IMG/VR virus record: IMGVR_UViG_3300041402_000314
Coordinates: 140,150 to 204,149 of that record
Reading direction: 5' to 3' (one strand)
Length of the DNA stretch: 64,000 nt
Position numbers and translations under genes: made by a program. Shown piece by piece: positions 56,389 to 64,000 of the stretch. The notes under the pieces are model-generated. The model worked only from the letters and a program-made list of their open reading frames with translations. It searched no databases and had not been told where the DNA came from. Position 1 is the first letter of the stretch. Every line of letters starts with the position of its first letter.

Positions 56389-58398
56389 TTAAAAGTTAAT
56401 TTTTATTGTACGGTTGAAACTTCCACCTACCTTACATAAAACATGACTCTTTTGTGTAGATGAGAATCCCAAACCGCTTAGTTGATCGTCTGATTTCTCG
56501 GTTTTCATCTTAGAACCAAGTACCTCAAATACTTTCCTGTGGTCTCTCAGTCCTTCATCAAGGAATTCATTAAAGAATCCTCTGGCCTTACTATCGTTTT
56601 TACATCCATCGAGGATAAAGAACCAGTGTTTGTTACCTGTCTTTTTTCCGTCCCAATGATTAGGTGAATTCATAATCATGGAAACTTTCCTGAATTTCTG
56701 GGTTGGTATATCCCATACTTCCTTAGATGCCTGAGTCGATGGTAATGACTTGATGAATTTGATTCCTGTCTTATGGGAATACTCGAAGGTAGCTACCGCC
56801 ACATTACTACGATTTGCTACTCTCTTATCGTAATGGAATGTATGGATAACACCATCAAATTCAATTTCGACATCAAAACCAACATCCTTTGTTTCTCTTT
56901 GAGAGTAGTTATTGACATAGATTTCATATTTACCCTCTTCCATCTTGGCTTTATTAGCCCATGTGATGTTTTCTACAGCACTTCTTGATGTACCAGAACC
57001 AGCATTCATATCAACATCTAGTTTTCCGCCTGTTGAATGTGAATGTTTACTACCATAATAAATGTGATTCCCATTAGGCTCTTTGCAGTGAATATCAAGG
57101 TCATCATGATTAAACCATGACAATGAAGCCCTGAGATCGCCAGTTACGTTTCCACCAGCTCTCTTCACACGTTCCTTGATGGAATCTGCGACTTCTCCAG
57201 TATAAGCCCATGAGAAGTTATTATCCCATTTGAAGATATGTTTAGAATCTTCATGTGCTGGAGCTATAAGACTCATCAAGTTATTAACTTGACTGTTTTC
57301 AAACATCAACTCGATACTATCAGCCTTTGGTAGTATTTTTTCAAAGAAAGTATCGGCATCAACCTCATCAACCTTCTTTAGACTCGCTGTTTTTACAGGC
57401 GCATCTTCTACCATTTCATCAAAGACATTCATTGCCTTTTTGACAGACCGATCAGCGAAGAGAACATTGGTAATTGAAATATCTTTTGCTACAGCATAAC
57501 GTCTCTGTAATGAATCACCGATACCAAGCTCTTCAACCTTCTTCTGAGCGTTTCTAATCATGGACTGAGTAACAAGAGCGGTAGTACGCTTATAATTGGT
57601 TGGAGCAACCTTTGATTCGAAGCTCTTCACTGCTTTATCAAGCTCCACACCGTCAGATATATCAGTCATCAATGTTCCGATTACAGAATTTCTCATCCTA
57701 GATGCGCCACCAAGAGTAGCAGAAGCAAGCCAACAATAGTTGTCCTTCTCTTCTTCATCTTCAATGGCATCGAATTTAGCCTTGTGAGTCTGGAGCAATT
57801 CTACAGTTGATTTATGCTCCTCTCCTCTATATATTGACTTCTGTTCAATAAGCTCAAGAACAGTTTCGATAGCTTCAGAAGAAATCTCTACTAAGCCACG
57901 CTTAAATACCTCTTTACCGCTGAAAGCTTTTGAAGTGGCTGTTCCGATATCAACTCCGCTCTTTACGAACTCCATTGGAAGTTCGATATAGAAATGTTCC
58001 CACTTTTTCAAACCGTTATCATTCATTTCATGGTTGAAGTCAGTTCCGACTTTTGACTCTCTATGAATGAAAATATTGCGTATTTTCGCAGATGTTACCA
58101 GTTCCGCCATCGCATCGGCAACAACTTGATAATGTCCACCTATCATAACATCCCAGATAGACACTTTCCTGTTATCGACAATAGCTACCATACTACCACA
58201 AGCCCTAATGAACTGCTTGCAACACTGGCAATCATGTTCGGTACGCTCACGTAAGATAGGATTACTACCTTCTGGAAAGCTATTAAGATAAGTATCCCAG
58301 ATAACATCTTTATCGATGTCAGTCTTGAATAACTTACCTCCTTTCATAGTTTTGAATTGTGCTTGTAGTGCTGTTTTGAACTTGTTAAAATCAGTCAT
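56389..58398 (-). CDS. conserved large-phage protein with YfaP/DUF2135-like domain
   Basis: HDCQCC..F; SLSW.N.DDLD.H..EP.G..IY...G.LDVD.N...VENI.W...G.Y...V.NY. Confidence 0.8.
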   Translation of the reverse strand: MTDFNKFKTALQAQFKTMKGGKLFKTDIDKDVIWDTYLNSFPEGSNPILRERTEHDCQCCKQFIRACGSMVAIVDNRKVSIWDVMIGGHYQVVADAMAELVTSAKIRNIFIHRESKVGTDFNHEMNDNGLKKWEHFYIELPMEFVKSGVDIGTATSKAFSGKEVFKRGLVEISSEAIETVLELIEQKSIYRGEEHKSTVELLQTHKAKFDAIEDEEEKDNYCWLASATLGGASRMRNSVIGTLMTDISDGVELDKAVKSFESKVAPTNYKRTTALVTQSMIRNAQKKVEELGIGDSLQRRYAVAKDISITNVLFADRSVKKAMNVFDEMVEDAPVKTASLKKVDEVDADTFFEKILPKADSIELMFENSQVNNLMSLIAPAHEDSKHIFKWDNNFSWAYTGEVADSIKERVKRAGGNVTGDLRASLSWFNHDDLDIHCKEPNGNHIYYGSKHSHSTGGKLDVDMNAGSGTSRSAVENITWANKAKMEEGKYEIYVNNYSQRETKDVGFDVEIEFDGVIHTFHYDKRVANRSNVAVATFEYSHKTGIKFIKSLPSTQASKEVWDIPTQKFRKVSMIMNSPNHWDGKKTGNKHWFFILDGCKNDSKARGFFNEFLDEGLRDHRKVFEVLGSKMKTEKSDDQLSGLGFSSTQKSHVLCKVGGSFNRTIKINF

Positions 58399-58429
58399 TT
58401 TTACTCCTCCCTTATACTTTATTCAAAAA

Positions 58430-58504
58430 TGGTGTAGTGAACTGGATTTGATACCAATATCGCCCAAGCTGGTGCAAGGGAGTTCTAACTTAAACTACCA
58501 CTAC
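58430..58504 (-). ncRNA. tRNA-like RNA 1 (degenerate anticodon arm)
   Basis: GUAGUGG/UCACUAC-A-CCA acceptor, GUUU/GAAC D stem, AUUGG-UAUCAAAU-CCAGU T arm. Confidence 0.75.
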
Positions 58505-58511
58505 AAATTTG

Positions 58512-58658
58512 TTTAACTGCTTATTGTGAGAGAGGGCTTCAACAACTGGTTACTAATCGAGGCTTTCACCAGTGAATCCTATTTGCACAAAGCCTCTATA
58601 GCGACTAAGACTTCAAGTGTTATATTCGTCTAACACTCTCTCCCAATAAATAGTTAAA
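58512..58658 (-). ncRNA. structured RNA A (long terminal stem, possible pseudoknot)
   Basis: ~23-bp imperfect terminal stem; AGUGUUA/UAACACU and GAGGCUUU/AAAGCCUC hairpins; ACUGGU/ACCAGU pairing. Confidence 0.6.
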
Positions 58659-58730
58659 TGGTGTGGGAAGTTGGACTTGATACCAACATCGCTCGGTATT
58701 CTCCGACATCTTAACTTAGACGACTCCCAC
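58659..58730 (-). ncRNA. tRNA-like RNA 2 (short anticodon arm)
   Basis: GUGGGAG/UUCCCAC-A-CCA acceptor, GUCU/AGAU D stem, UCGG-AGAAUA-CCGA, GUUGG-UAUCAAGU-CCAAC T arm. Confidence 0.75.
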
Positions 58731-58740
58731 ATAAAACTAA

Positions 58741-58872
58741 TGGATAGTTGGTTCGGAAGCTTTTTTGAATTATAATCCTCGCCAATAAACTCGGATTCGG
58801 CTTTCATTAATCACTTGGTATTCTACAGTCGTAACCGATTGAACCCTAAGTGTTTCCTCTTCCAACTACCCA
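58741..58872 (-). ncRNA. structured RNA B
   Basis: UGGGUAGUUGG/CCAACUAUCCA terminal stem; CACUU/AAGUG and AAUCC/GGAUU stems; follows promoter and boxA. Confidence 0.6.
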
Positions 58873-58881
58873 AATCAAATT

Positions 58882-58937
58882 TTTAAAGAACTTTTACTTT
58901 ATGATACTATTATAACAAATTCAGTTTCGTATGTCAA
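58882..58937 (-). promoter_or_regulatory. sigma70 promoter with boxA-like element
   Basis: TTGACA-17-TATAAT (58909-58937) then GTTCTTTAAA. Confidence 0.85.
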
Positions 58938-58951
58938 GCTTTATTTTAAAA

Positions 58952-59120
58952 TAATTAGTGGTGTGCTATTACGCCAAAGGGAACAGGGAACAGTAACCCA
59001 AATTTACGCCTCTATACTGTTTCTTCCTTGGAGGTTCGCTGTTACGGTACGCTTCTTAATACAACATAAGAACCCACTCTTTAAAAGATGGCTGCTTCCA
59101 AGCCAACCTCCCACTAATCA
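58952..59120 (-). ncRNA. 23S rRNA L11-binding domain (H43-H44) mimic with ~100-nt insertion
   Basis: GGAGGUUGGCUUGGAAGCAGCCAUCUUUUAAAGAGU ... GCGUAAUAGCACAC closed by AUUAGUGG/CCACUAAU. Confidence 0.85.
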
Positions 59121-59121
59121 A

Positions 59122-59186
59122 TTCAAAGAACTTTTATTACTTTTACTTTATGATACTATTATAACAAATTCGATTCTGGTTGTCAA
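59122..59186 (-). promoter_or_regulatory. sigma70 promoter with boxA-like element
   Basis: TTGACA-17-TATAAT (59158-59186) then GTTCTTTGAA; 32 nt identical to 58891-58922. Confidence 0.85.
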
Positions 59187-59194
59187 GTAAAATC

Positions 59195-60127
59195 TTATAA
59201 TAATTTTTCTATAGTTAATTTTCTATATTCATAGTAAGGAATTCGTATTAACCGTATATTATTATTTTTACAATATTCATCTTTTAATTTATCATTTTCT
59301 AGTTGTTTCAAAAATCTTTTTTGCCCACCAAAATATTTTATTGGTTTGTAATGCTGCTGTCCATCATACTCTATCATATGTGATATAGTATTACTACCAA
59401 AGATAGCAAAATCAAACATTAATTTCTTTTTATTTTTTAAATCTCCAAAAGAATATTGCGTTTCATATCTAATTTTATTTTCATCGAGAAGTTTTTTAAT
59501 CTTTTTTTCGCCCTTACTAAAATTACAATATATACACCCACGACTACGTAATGATCTTGCTTCCTTCTTCTCTCCACAATTTCCACATATGACACACTTA
59601 TACGCGATTGGCATGTTACCACTAATATATTCAGATGTCAATTCTATAGTATTGTTGTGTTCTATATTTATTTCTTCAAGAAACTGAGGATGCTTTTTTC
59701 TAACTTTTTTTGTCTGTGCTTCTCTACCACACTTAGAACAACCAAACCCCTGTTTTAAATATGTTGGCTTTGCTCTCCACGTGTGACGGCATATTTTACA
59801 CTTAATCTTTATATATTCATTACACCCCGTATAATCATCTATAAATTCTATCTTACTTTTTATATTATCGCCAAGTCTATCCATATATTTTTCGGTATCA
59901 AGATTCCATTTTACAGTATCTTTTGCTTTTTTTAATCCGCAAGCGGGACACCCACATCCTTTACTCTTGGTTAAAGTTGATGCAATAGGATTCCAAACAG
60001 TAGTACATTTGGTACACTTAACTTTTATTCTATCTCTACCTGTTACATATATTGTTAAAAACTTATAGATATTTCCATGAATTCTTATTACTTTTTGTTT
60101 AAATTCTTTATGTGTTAGCTTTCGCAT
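59195..60127 (-). CDS. free-standing endonuclease: three Zn-ribbon repeats plus Vsr/DUF559-like domain
   Basis: repeated Y......I..KCxxC...W.......GCxxC; SKGE, FDF, IEYDG.QHY, D..K..YC, LIRIPY. Confidence 0.85.
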   Translation of the reverse strand: MRKLTHKEFKQKVIRIHGNIYKFLTIYVTGRDRIKVKCTKCTTVWNPIASTLTKSKGCGCPACGLKKAKDTVKWNLDTEKYMDRLGDNIKSKIEFIDDYTGCNEYIKIKCKICRHTWRAKPTYLKQGFGCSKCGREAQTKKVRKKHPQFLEEINIEHNNTIELTSEYISGNMPIAYKCVICGNCGEKKEARSLRSRGCIYCNFSKGEKKIKKLLDENKIRYETQYSFGDLKNKKKLMFDFAIFGSNTISHMIEYDGQQHYKPIKYFGGQKRFLKQLENDKLKDEYCKNNNIRLIRIPYYEYRKLTIEKLL

Positions 60128-60181
60128 AGTTTAGATATCACAATCCATATTTTATTCTCTCCCTATCATTAACGGTTATTC

Positions 60182-60212
60182 TGAACAGTAACCTCCGACA
60201 CGTTACTGTTCA
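60182..60212. repeat. 11-bp inverted repeat upstream of the endonuclease gene
   Basis: TGAACAGTAAC-9nt-GTTACTGTTCA. Confidence 0.7.
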
Positions 60213-60258
60213 TTTTCTTTGTTAATTATGTATCTATAATGACATATGAGGTTTCTCC

Positions 60259-61242
60259 TTAAAATATTTTATCAATGAGTGTAGTAAGATAAGAGTCATC
60301 CAATTTCCAATCAGGCTCATCAGTTCTTTTCTTATCTATCGCACTAATCACTTCCGCAAAATATGCAGAATCGACACCCACTAGCTGATCTCTCAGAACT
60401 TCGACACTCTCTAAATCGAGTTTGCTTACTTGAAAACACATTTTAAAATACTGTCCAGCATTTATCTTCCATCCTCGTTGGATGAACTTTCTAGTTCGGA
60501 TGATAGAGGCTAGTGGGTATTTAGAACCGTTATATTTCAATTCCTTAGTGAGAGTACATTCCAAGGCATCTGCATTCACATGAACTTCCCTATCACTAGA
60601 CAACCAATAATTAGTACAATGAACGAAGTCATAGTTCTCATGTATCTCTTCAGGTTCACCATAAAAGCGTATAACGAGCTGTATATCATTACTTAAGGTG
60701 ATAGCATTGCTGGACAAGAATACTGGCCTGTATGCGTCTTCTGAGCCGTCTAACTGGTCTAATTCTTTAGCTCCAATATCATCTGCTTCAGAAATCATTA
60801 AGTCTGGAGTGGTTGCTAGAGTTTTCACTTTAGTATCTTCCAATACTTCAGTGGCAGCATCCAGATAATCGGTTCCTTTTTGTTGATCTAAGGTTTCGAA
60901 ATATCGATAAGTTCCTTCTTTATCGCCTTCACTAACCACACCAGCCGATTGAACTTTAATGGCTATTCTGCCGTTAGTATCCGTTACAAGAGCGGTCAAT
61001 TTATTGGGGTGTCTTTTAGCAAAATCTTTAGCATAATATTTCGCCACCTCTAAACATGTTTCTTTATTGGTGAAGTAATAATCATAGTCATTTACCTGTT
61101 CTCCCTGAAACATAGATACTATGGCTCCACCAGTGATGATAGAATTCTCATTTACGAGTCTTCTTACCTTCTCATCAGTAATCGAGGCTATAAATTCCTT
61201 ATGTTTTGCGAGAAGATTTTTCTCAATTCTTTTTCTATTCAT
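60259..61242 (-). CDS. Pol-beta-superfamily nucleotidyltransferase-like protein
   Basis: ITGGAI......VNDYDYYF, NAITL, QL, YDFVHC, R..KF..RG. Confidence 0.75.
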   Translation of the reverse strand: MNRKRIEKNLLAKHKEFIASITDEKVRRLVNENSIITGGAIVSMFQGEQVNDYDYYFTNKETCLEVAKYYAKDFAKRHPNKLTALVTDTNGRIAIKVQSAGVVSEGDKEGTYRYFETLDQQKGTDYLDAATEVLEDTKVKTLATTPDLMISEADDIGAKELDQLDGSEDAYRPVFLSSNAITLSNDIQLVIRFYGEPEEIHENYDFVHCTNYWLSSDREVHVNADALECTLTKELKYNGSKYPLASIIRTRKFIQRGWKINAGQYFKMCFQVSKLDLESVEVLRDQLVGVDSAYFAEVISAIDKKRTDEPDWKLDDSYLTTLIDKIF

Positions 61243-61254
61243 TCGTTAAACTCC

Positions 61255-62145
61255 TTAACTGTTATAATTTTCAATGACGTTTTGAATATCCTTCAGTGCT
61301 TGAGTAGCCTTATCAGGATTAACCACACATTTATCTAAAGAACCATAATACTCTTCAAGGCAGTTTAGAAGTAAATTCTTGATAGCTCCCTCATCAGGAG
61401 AATGGGGCAGCTTAGAATTAAGATACAAAGTTTCTAATTCAGCTTCTTTCTTTTGAAAATAATTTTTAATATCATCAATAGACCATTCGCCCTTTCTGAT
61501 GGCTTTCAACTGTTCTCGATTCCTTTCTAAATCTAAATCCCCTTCCATCATAATTTGTTCCACTTCTCCGAGAAGACGTGGAACGTGATAAGCAAATTTA
61601 GTGTCAAATCCATGACGGTCTACTAAATCCTTTCGCTTTCCTGCTTTGGGTTTTTTAATTTCCATTTTATGTAATTGACTATAACTATAACCTTTGAAGC
61701 GATGCCACGCTCCTTTATGAAGAAAATCCTTTCGTTTCTCTCTAATCATATTACCTATTTTAGTTGAATGTGTAATACATCTAATAGGGACGAAGAGAGC
61801 ATCTATAACATTAGGATTATTATCCATACAAAGTTGAAAGAACTTAATAATGGAAAAAACTTGAAAATCGTATTCCTTTTCTCCGTCTTGCGACTTCACA
61901 TGATGTTCTTGATAGGTGTCAAATCTTTTTATCTGCCTTCCGAAACCTTGAATTTCTCCATTGAGATGTGGAAAAATCATATCTTTATGTGGGATACATA
62001 CTCCGTATACATCTACATCAGAGGTATCATTAGAAACCCCATACGCAAAACTACCCATAATAACTTCATATACCATGCTATTAGGCAACCATTTAGGAGG
62101 ACTAATTAGTTTTTGTTTATCCAACTTTTGTACATAACTACTCAT
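61255..62145 (-). CDS. predicted nucleotidyltransferase (YcgL/RlaP-like)
   Basis: GS.AYG....SD.D..G, NNPN...L, GY...Q, G.DTK..YH..RL. Confidence 0.88.
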   Translation of the reverse strand: MSSYVQKLDKQKLISPPKWLPNSMVYEVIMGSFAYGVSNDTSDVDVYGVCIPHKDMIFPHLNGEIQGFGRQIKRFDTYQEHHVKSQDGEKEYDFQVFSIIKFFQLCMDNNPNVIDALFVPIRCITHSTKIGNMIREKRKDFLHKGAWHRFKGYSYSQLHKMEIKKPKAGKRKDLVDRHGFDTKFAYHVPRLLGEVEQIMMEGDLDLERNREQLKAIRKGEWSIDDIKNYFQKKEAELETLYLNSKLPHSPDEGAIKNLLLNCLEEYYGSLDKCVVNPDKATQALKDIQNVIENYNS

Positions 62146-62531
62146 TTGCTCACCACCCTCTCATAAATTATTTCATTTCCGTTTTGTTCCTTCAGCACTC
62201 TAACATATTCCCAATATTTCTTTTCGGAAATAGTAGGAGCTTCATCATTATTGAAAATTTTATATCCTACACCCCAACCCTCTTCCGCTTGACCGCATAG
62301 GCGACAAACCTTAATAGGCGGTCTCGAATAACATACAGCCGTTTCGGGAGAATAAGCCTTCTCCATAACCTCTTCTTCTGGATGGTCACATTCGTCTATA
62401 ATGGCTTTTATTAATTCGATTCTCTGTTCTTTCAGCTTATCGATTTCCTCTGAGCATTCAAATATTTTTTCTAACAACATTCGGTTAGCTGTATATTTAA
62501 TATCACTCATATTCTCACTTCTCCCAACCAA
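62142..62531 (-). CDS. hypothetical protein with Zn-ribbon motif
   Basis: CDH...CRLCG. Confidence 0.65.
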   Translation of the reverse strand: MVGRSENMSDIKYTANRMLLEKIFECSEEIDKLKEQRIELIKAIIDECDHPEEEVMEKAYSPETAVCYSRPPIKVCRLCGQAEEGWGVGYKIFNNDEAPTISEKKYWEYVRVLKEQNGNEIIYERVVSK

Positions 62532-62881
62532 TTATTGGTTTCACGTTGTAATATTTCCCTGATTGACCCATTCCCAACGGCCTTTTTAGCTCTTAAAAAT
62601 CCATACTGGTCGTTAGGTTGGGAACCAGCATTATCCCATTCTTCGCCAGTTATGATAATTCCTTTACCGCAACTTTTATTGTTATAATCGCAAACAAATT
62701 CACCCTCTTCGATATGACCTTCCCATGCACCATTAATCACCCACCAAGAATTATCGCTCTGCTCTCTAGCTACTATATCATCTTCGATATATAGATGTCT
62801 AGGTGTTTTATCTGGTTCGGTGTGATAACCTTCTTCATAGTCATCATATTCAAATGAATCAAACGATACTAAACTACTCAT
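62507..62881 (-). CDS. hypothetical protein
   Basis: WVINGAW motif; ATGA coupling. Confidence 0.65.
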   Translation of the reverse strand: MSSLVSFDSFEYDDYEEGYHTEPDKTPRHLYIEDDIVAREQSDNSWWVINGAWEGHIEEGEFVCDYNNKSCGKGIIITGEEWDNAGSQPNDQYGFLRAKKAVGNGSIREILQRETNNWLGEVRI

Positions 62882-63210
62882 CTTCTCATGATCTCTTCTT
62901 CAAATTCTTCATGCTCTCGCCAGATACGCCTTGAAACCGCATCATAGTATAATATCTTCCTCTCAGACCTGAAGAATCTTTTTATTCTAGGAATACTAAA
63001 CAATGAAGATACCTTTAACCTATCTGTACCAAAATCTTGACGGTGAATAGCAGCTCGTTCTTTCATCAGACTTGCTATTTTATCCGCTACTTCCCTATCA
63101 GCACGAAGAATATATTCACATAATTCTTCTCTCTCATCCGTCCAAGGGAAGACTATGTAGCCGTCTATAATTTTATATTTAGGCTCACAATACCCATCAA
63201 TTAAAGCCAT
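62878..63210 (-). CDS. hypothetical protein
   Basis: 110 aa, TAATG coupling. Confidence 0.65.
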   Translation of the reverse strand: MALIDGYCEPKYKIIDGYIVFPWTDEREELCEYILRADREVADKIASLMKERAAIHRQDFGTDRLKVSSLFSIPRIKRFFRSERKILYYDAVSRRIWREHEEFEEEIMRR

Positions 63211-63348
63211 TATAACATCACTCCCATATCCACGCCTATTCCAGCTAATAAGGGTATTAATAATCCCTTACAATGTAGAAAAATACCAACCACAATAATC
63301 CAAAATATTAGTGATATATTTAAAGCCCATAAATCCATTATAACACTC

Positions 63349-63534
63349 CTAGTCTTGTTTATTAGCCCACGCTCTAAACCTGATATAAAAATCATCGAAT
63401 TTATTTCTAGCATCTTCGAAGTCCTCCGAAGCTTCACTTGGTAATTTTTCATCCACATATAACCCTATTTCATCCAAGAGGTTCTTCACTATTTCACTAT
63501 GCGTATCAATATAAGTGGCTACATCTAATTTCAT
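63349..63534 (-). CDS. hypothetical protein
   Basis: 61 aa, GAGG RBS. Confidence 0.55.
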   Translation of the reverse strand: MKLDVATYIDTHSEIVKNLLDEIGLYVDEKLPSEASEDFEDARNKFDDFYIRFRAWANKQD

Positions 63535-63566
63535 AATCTTATCCTCATCTCATTTTTAACACGATA

Positions 63567-64000
63567 TTAGAAGAACTCTCCCATATCGTCTTTATTGGTT
63601 TTGACACCCATCAATGGTTTCAAAGACTCGTGAATCATGGTACAATCTTCGCCTAATTTCCGAAGCTTATGTCTCATGAGAAACCTCATTAAATCCATTC
63701 CGCCTATCTGGTTTATTTCACAGTCATTATAGCGGTCTAATATCCGTTGCTGTATCTTCTTAGGGATACAACCCATGTCTATCAGTCGCTTGTTTCTGTT
63801 GTAGTTTTTCCTTACAGAATGTATTTTTCCCACCATCTCGCATTTTTCACAAGTAGCAACATCGGAATCAACACACTCATCGATTTCCCAATCATGCTTA
63901 CATTTAGTTTTCTCTTTTGGTACTACATAGAAAGAATCCAATAGTTCCTCTAGGGCTTTCTCATCATCCAGAAGCTTTATAGCGGTCTTCTCACCTATAA
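63567..64000 (-). CDS. rnh: T4-like RNase H (5'-3' exonuclease), C-terminal part; runs off window end
   Basis: frame open to the window end: IGEKTA.KLL (H3TH) ... NY.RN..LID...IP..I...I...Y. Confidence 0.8.
   Translation of the reverse strand, partial: IGEKTAIKLLDDEKALEELLDSFYVVPKEKTKCKHDWEIDECVDSDVATCEKCEMVGKIHSVRKNYNRNKRLIDMGCIPKKIQQRILDRYNDCEINQIGGMDLMRFLMRHKLRKLGEDCTMIHESLKPLMGVKTNKDDMGEFF

Noticed and set aside
58800-58850. RNA B as tmRNA (GGUUACGAC resembles GGAUUCGAC)
   Set aside because: Too short, with no tag ORF or alanine acceptor stem.
58952-59120. Contaminating host rRNA or chimeric assembly
   Set aside because: Only H43-H44 match, split by an insertion, with a non-rRNA closing stem and phage-type promoters on both sides.
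58613-59190. ORFs 58613..58807 (-) and 58963..59190 (+)
   Set aside because: No clear RBS; they overlap the structured RNAs and promoters and are better explained as spurious.
58988-60193. 11-mer GAACAGTAACC shared by the rRNA-mimic insert and the hairpin at 60182
   Set aside because: A single 11-nt match within ~1.2 kb is plausible by chance; no further similarity.
1-64000. CRISPR array, DGR or retron
   Set aside because: No regularly spaced repeats, reverse transcriptase or adenine-specific repeat pair seen; the two sheath-motif mismatches are C/T on the coding strand and no TR-length repeat was found.
1-64000. Alternative genetic code (stop-codon reassignment)
   Set aside because: Core genes are intact in code 11 and TGA/TAG end many coupled ORFs; only one internal TGA was noticed, in a mobile HNH gene.

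Overview
AT-rich 64-kb segment of a large T4-like myovirus genome; the host is probably Gram-negative (inferred from spanin-like and outer-membrane-protein genes). Transcription is strongly strand-partitioned. Minus-strand blocks of small accessory genes follow near-consensus sigma70 promoters (TTGAC[A/T]-17-TA[T/A]nnT). Plus-strand blocks follow T4-type late promoters (TATAAATA) and encode large terminase, sheath, tube, baseplate, tail fibre, lysis proteins and a ~9-kb glycosyltransferase/sugar-modification island. Accessory cargo includes a PspA-DUF2491-TAXI-GluR0-like channel operon, split coaB/coaC, NADAR, two nucleotidyltransferases and free-standing endonucleases. Three observations stand out. 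(1) An unannotated non-coding RNA cluster at 58430-59186 has duplicated promoters with boxA-like elements, a stand-alone mimic of the 23S rRNA L11-binding (GTPase-associated) domain carrying a ~100-nt insertion, two tRNA-like RNAs with degenerate anticodon arms, and two putative pseudoknotted RNAs. (2) Three small proteins carry isolated signature motifs of virion-assembly proteins (gp23 Gol peptide, terminase ATPase Walker motifs, sheath WFAPAG motif) and may be decoys against phage-sensing immunity. (3) A probable -1 frameshift fuses gp26 to a gp51-like ORF directly upstream of the tape-measure gene. All family assignments come from motifs recognised by eye, not from database searches.
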